64,000 nucleotides of DNA from assembly GCA_964035545.1 (NCBI GenBank), contig OZ037768.1:17777700-17841699 (forward strand), written 5' to 3'. This document shows positions 62,001 to 64,000 of this stretch, piece by piece. This DNA is from Bugula neritina (Eukaryota > Animalia > Bryozoa). The notes under the pieces were generated by a model. The model worked only from the letters and a program-made list of their open reading frames with translations, did no database searches and was not told where the DNA came from. The position numbers were made by a program, and so were the translations under genes. Each line of letters starts with the position of its first letter. Within the stretch, counting starts at the first letter, position 1.

Positions 62001-64000
62001 AGTTGTTTAACGTACTATAAACTACAACCACCAGGCCTACTGTTTTTTTCTATGGTGTACACATCAACATTGCAGACTCTGCTCCTGGAAGATCACCTGA
62101 AAGAGTTGAGACGGTGCATCAGGCCAGGAGCCACCCGACACAACTGGAGCACTCTCGGAGTCTTTGATTTCATTGCTAAATGCAACAACAACATTGGCAA
62201 ATTCGAGTCTCTGGTGCACCAGATTCAGAAGAATGCGAATGACATCAAAGAGAGGCTCAACGCCATGGAGTCTACTAACCTGTTTAGAGAGCCGGAGAAG
62301 AAATTTGACCAACTGCCAACATGCAAGGTATTGAACAGTATATGTATAACGTGTGAGCTCAATTTGCTCCACATACTTTACCTATAGTCTTGTTAGCAGA
62401 GCAGATGCATCATTTCCTGTTCTAATACTACTAGCATCATATTCTCAACTAGACTCTGGCACTTTGTAGGAGCTGTTTGAGTACATCGAGCAGGAGCGTA
62501 CCAAAGAGTATGAAAGCTTAGCCTTGAGGTATAAGGCAATTGGTCCTCTTCTCATCAAGATGGAGGGTCTGGTAACACTTTCCAATAGTGGGAAGAATCC
62601 TAAGCTACAGCAGTATTATGCCCATTGGGAGAGGAAGATCTATCAGTCAATCACAACAGTACGTACTTCTATAAAGCAACAAATACTACTAATGTCTTTC
62701 AAATATAACAAATATTTAAATAAAATTTTCACTTGCAGGTTTGTTTATTTCATATTAGATTAAAAGCTGATGCACATTTGCTTGCTTGTTTTAAATTATA
62801 TTAAAACATTACTTATATATAAACTTTACAAGTGAAGTAATAATTTTTATTGCAGATGATAATGAGAAACCTGAAGCATTTCGACGCCACAATATGTGGC
62901 AACAGGCCTCTCTTTCAGATTGACACTTTACTAGCAGCTCCGGATGTTGTGCTGAACCCAGCCGCTAACGATGTGTACAAAATGGCGTTGCAAAGTGTTC
63001 GTGACTGCGTGGAAGGGTACGAATTGTCTGTTATACCCGAGTACTATCTTTTAATACTAATATTAAGTATTTACATGTAGTGTTTTTTTATTCATATTAC
63101 CTCTTGGAAAAAAAAATTCAAATCTTTAGATCTATGTGTAATCTGAAGTATTTGATATTATTCAAGTTCTGCTGCGTTTCATGCTAAGATTGCTTTCTTA
63201 TCTGAATGTTATCTTTTATATGATTCAAGAAGTTAAATAAACTCATTTTTTACCAGTAAACTATTTTACGTTGCCATAGTCTTAGTATTTGTATATTGAT
63301 TACCGTTGGTGTTTTAGGACAAAAGTATTTCCACGGTGGATGCACGGCACATGCATAGCGTGTCCTCCACAGAAAGTGGATGGCGAGGACGAACCGTATG
63401 TGTTCAGCTTCTTCACGGACATATCGGTGGATCCCGACGTCATCGAGCAAGTCCAGCATATTCAGACCAACGTGAAGACAACTCTCACTAATCTCACCAA
63501 GTACCTACAAAGATGGAAGAAGTTCAGACAAATCTGGATCTCTGATAAGGTATGCTTAGCAATCTTAAATCCAGTACTTTGTAGCATAATTATTAGATAT
63601 AGTGTACTTTTTTTCTAGAATAAGTTCTGGAATATAATTCGTTTTTATTCTCACACCTATGTAAGGGTTGTAATGCTCCATTATGATATTATGCATGCAC
63701 GATTATACTGTAACCATTATTTACACATGTACTTTGAGATAAGCTAATCTCCAGCCTACTTTGATTCATTTATACACGTTTGATTATTTTGATTACGAAA
63801 TAATTTTAATAACATGTATTTATTTTTGTAGCAAGTGAAAGCAGACAAATGGTTCAGCAAGGAACCCACTATTGTAAACTTTGACGATAAATTTCAACAC
63901 TACCAGAAAATGACAGAAGACATAGAGAAGATGCCACTGACAAAGAACCAAGAGTGCATAACTCTACACATGAGCTCTTTGCAATTTGCTGTCAAAAACC
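53095..64000 (+). CDS. DNAH10: Dynein axonemal heavy chain 10 (inner arm I1/f alpha), N-terminal tail region, truncated at the window end
   Basis: MDDPRIEWIRNKAYLALAITDPDVFEQLLERDDGEGE resembles the recalled DNAH10 N-terminus; DHC_N1 motifs GPLAEIDFWRDRN, EAKDNVRFLSTLERHFKNI, LRMVWIISRHYNRDERMVPLMERIA, RWEFDKRRLF, NQPPIAGSVFW, FPRWMHGTCI. Approximate exons: 53095-53311, 53597-53725, 54257-54274, 55120-55295, 55487-55711, 55928-56149, 56460-56613, 56818-57226, 57469-57667, 58173-58538, 58860-59036, 59560-59791, 60681-60743, 61061-61123, 61428-61636, 62076-62327, 62470-62659, 62856-63016, 63318-63549, 63832-end. Confidence 0.93.
57688..57805. repeat. Intronic minisatellite, about 29 bp x4
   Basis: Unit approximately actatgtgtatggtggtagtggcatagtc, four diverged copies starting about 20 nt after the donor at 57668. 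Confidence 0.9.
59799..60290. repeat. Intronic minisatellite of about 31 bp (cagcaaccatacactatactatactactata), about 16 copies
   Basis: Directly visible tandem array, very G-poor on the + strand; it produces the spurious Y/T-rich tail of ORF 59539-60300. Confidence 0.96.

Overview
Eukaryotic, not prokaryotic: AT-rich, intron-dense DNA from a compact invertebrate animal genome (taxon not determinable from the sequence alone). Most ORF-track entries are exon fragments or repeat artefacts, so I assembled gene models by hand from splice sites and reading phase. Ten protein-coding genes, in order: EPHX3/4-like epoxide hydrolase (-, first exon only), transportin TNPO1/2 (+), an unrecognised single Ig-domain protein (-), SEM1/DSS1 (+, missed by the ORF track), CCT5 (-), TEX49/SPMIP11 (+), CCDC13 (+), a perilipin-family gene (+), a divergent alpha-tubulin (+) and the 5' part of DNAH10 (+). 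There are two short bidirectional promoters, candidate RFX X-boxes before two ciliary genes, four small TIR elements, one further fold-back element and several minisatellites. I found no rRNA, tRNA or CRISPR. The best candidate for an undescribed system is a degenerate hexamer-periodic, partly self-complementary sequence that recurs in promoter-proximal first introns. Other leads are codon mosaicism and an intronic hairpin in the tubulin gene, micro/cassette exons in DNAH10, and splice-junction uORFs in the perilipin gene. Gene names come from recalled family motifs, not database searches.
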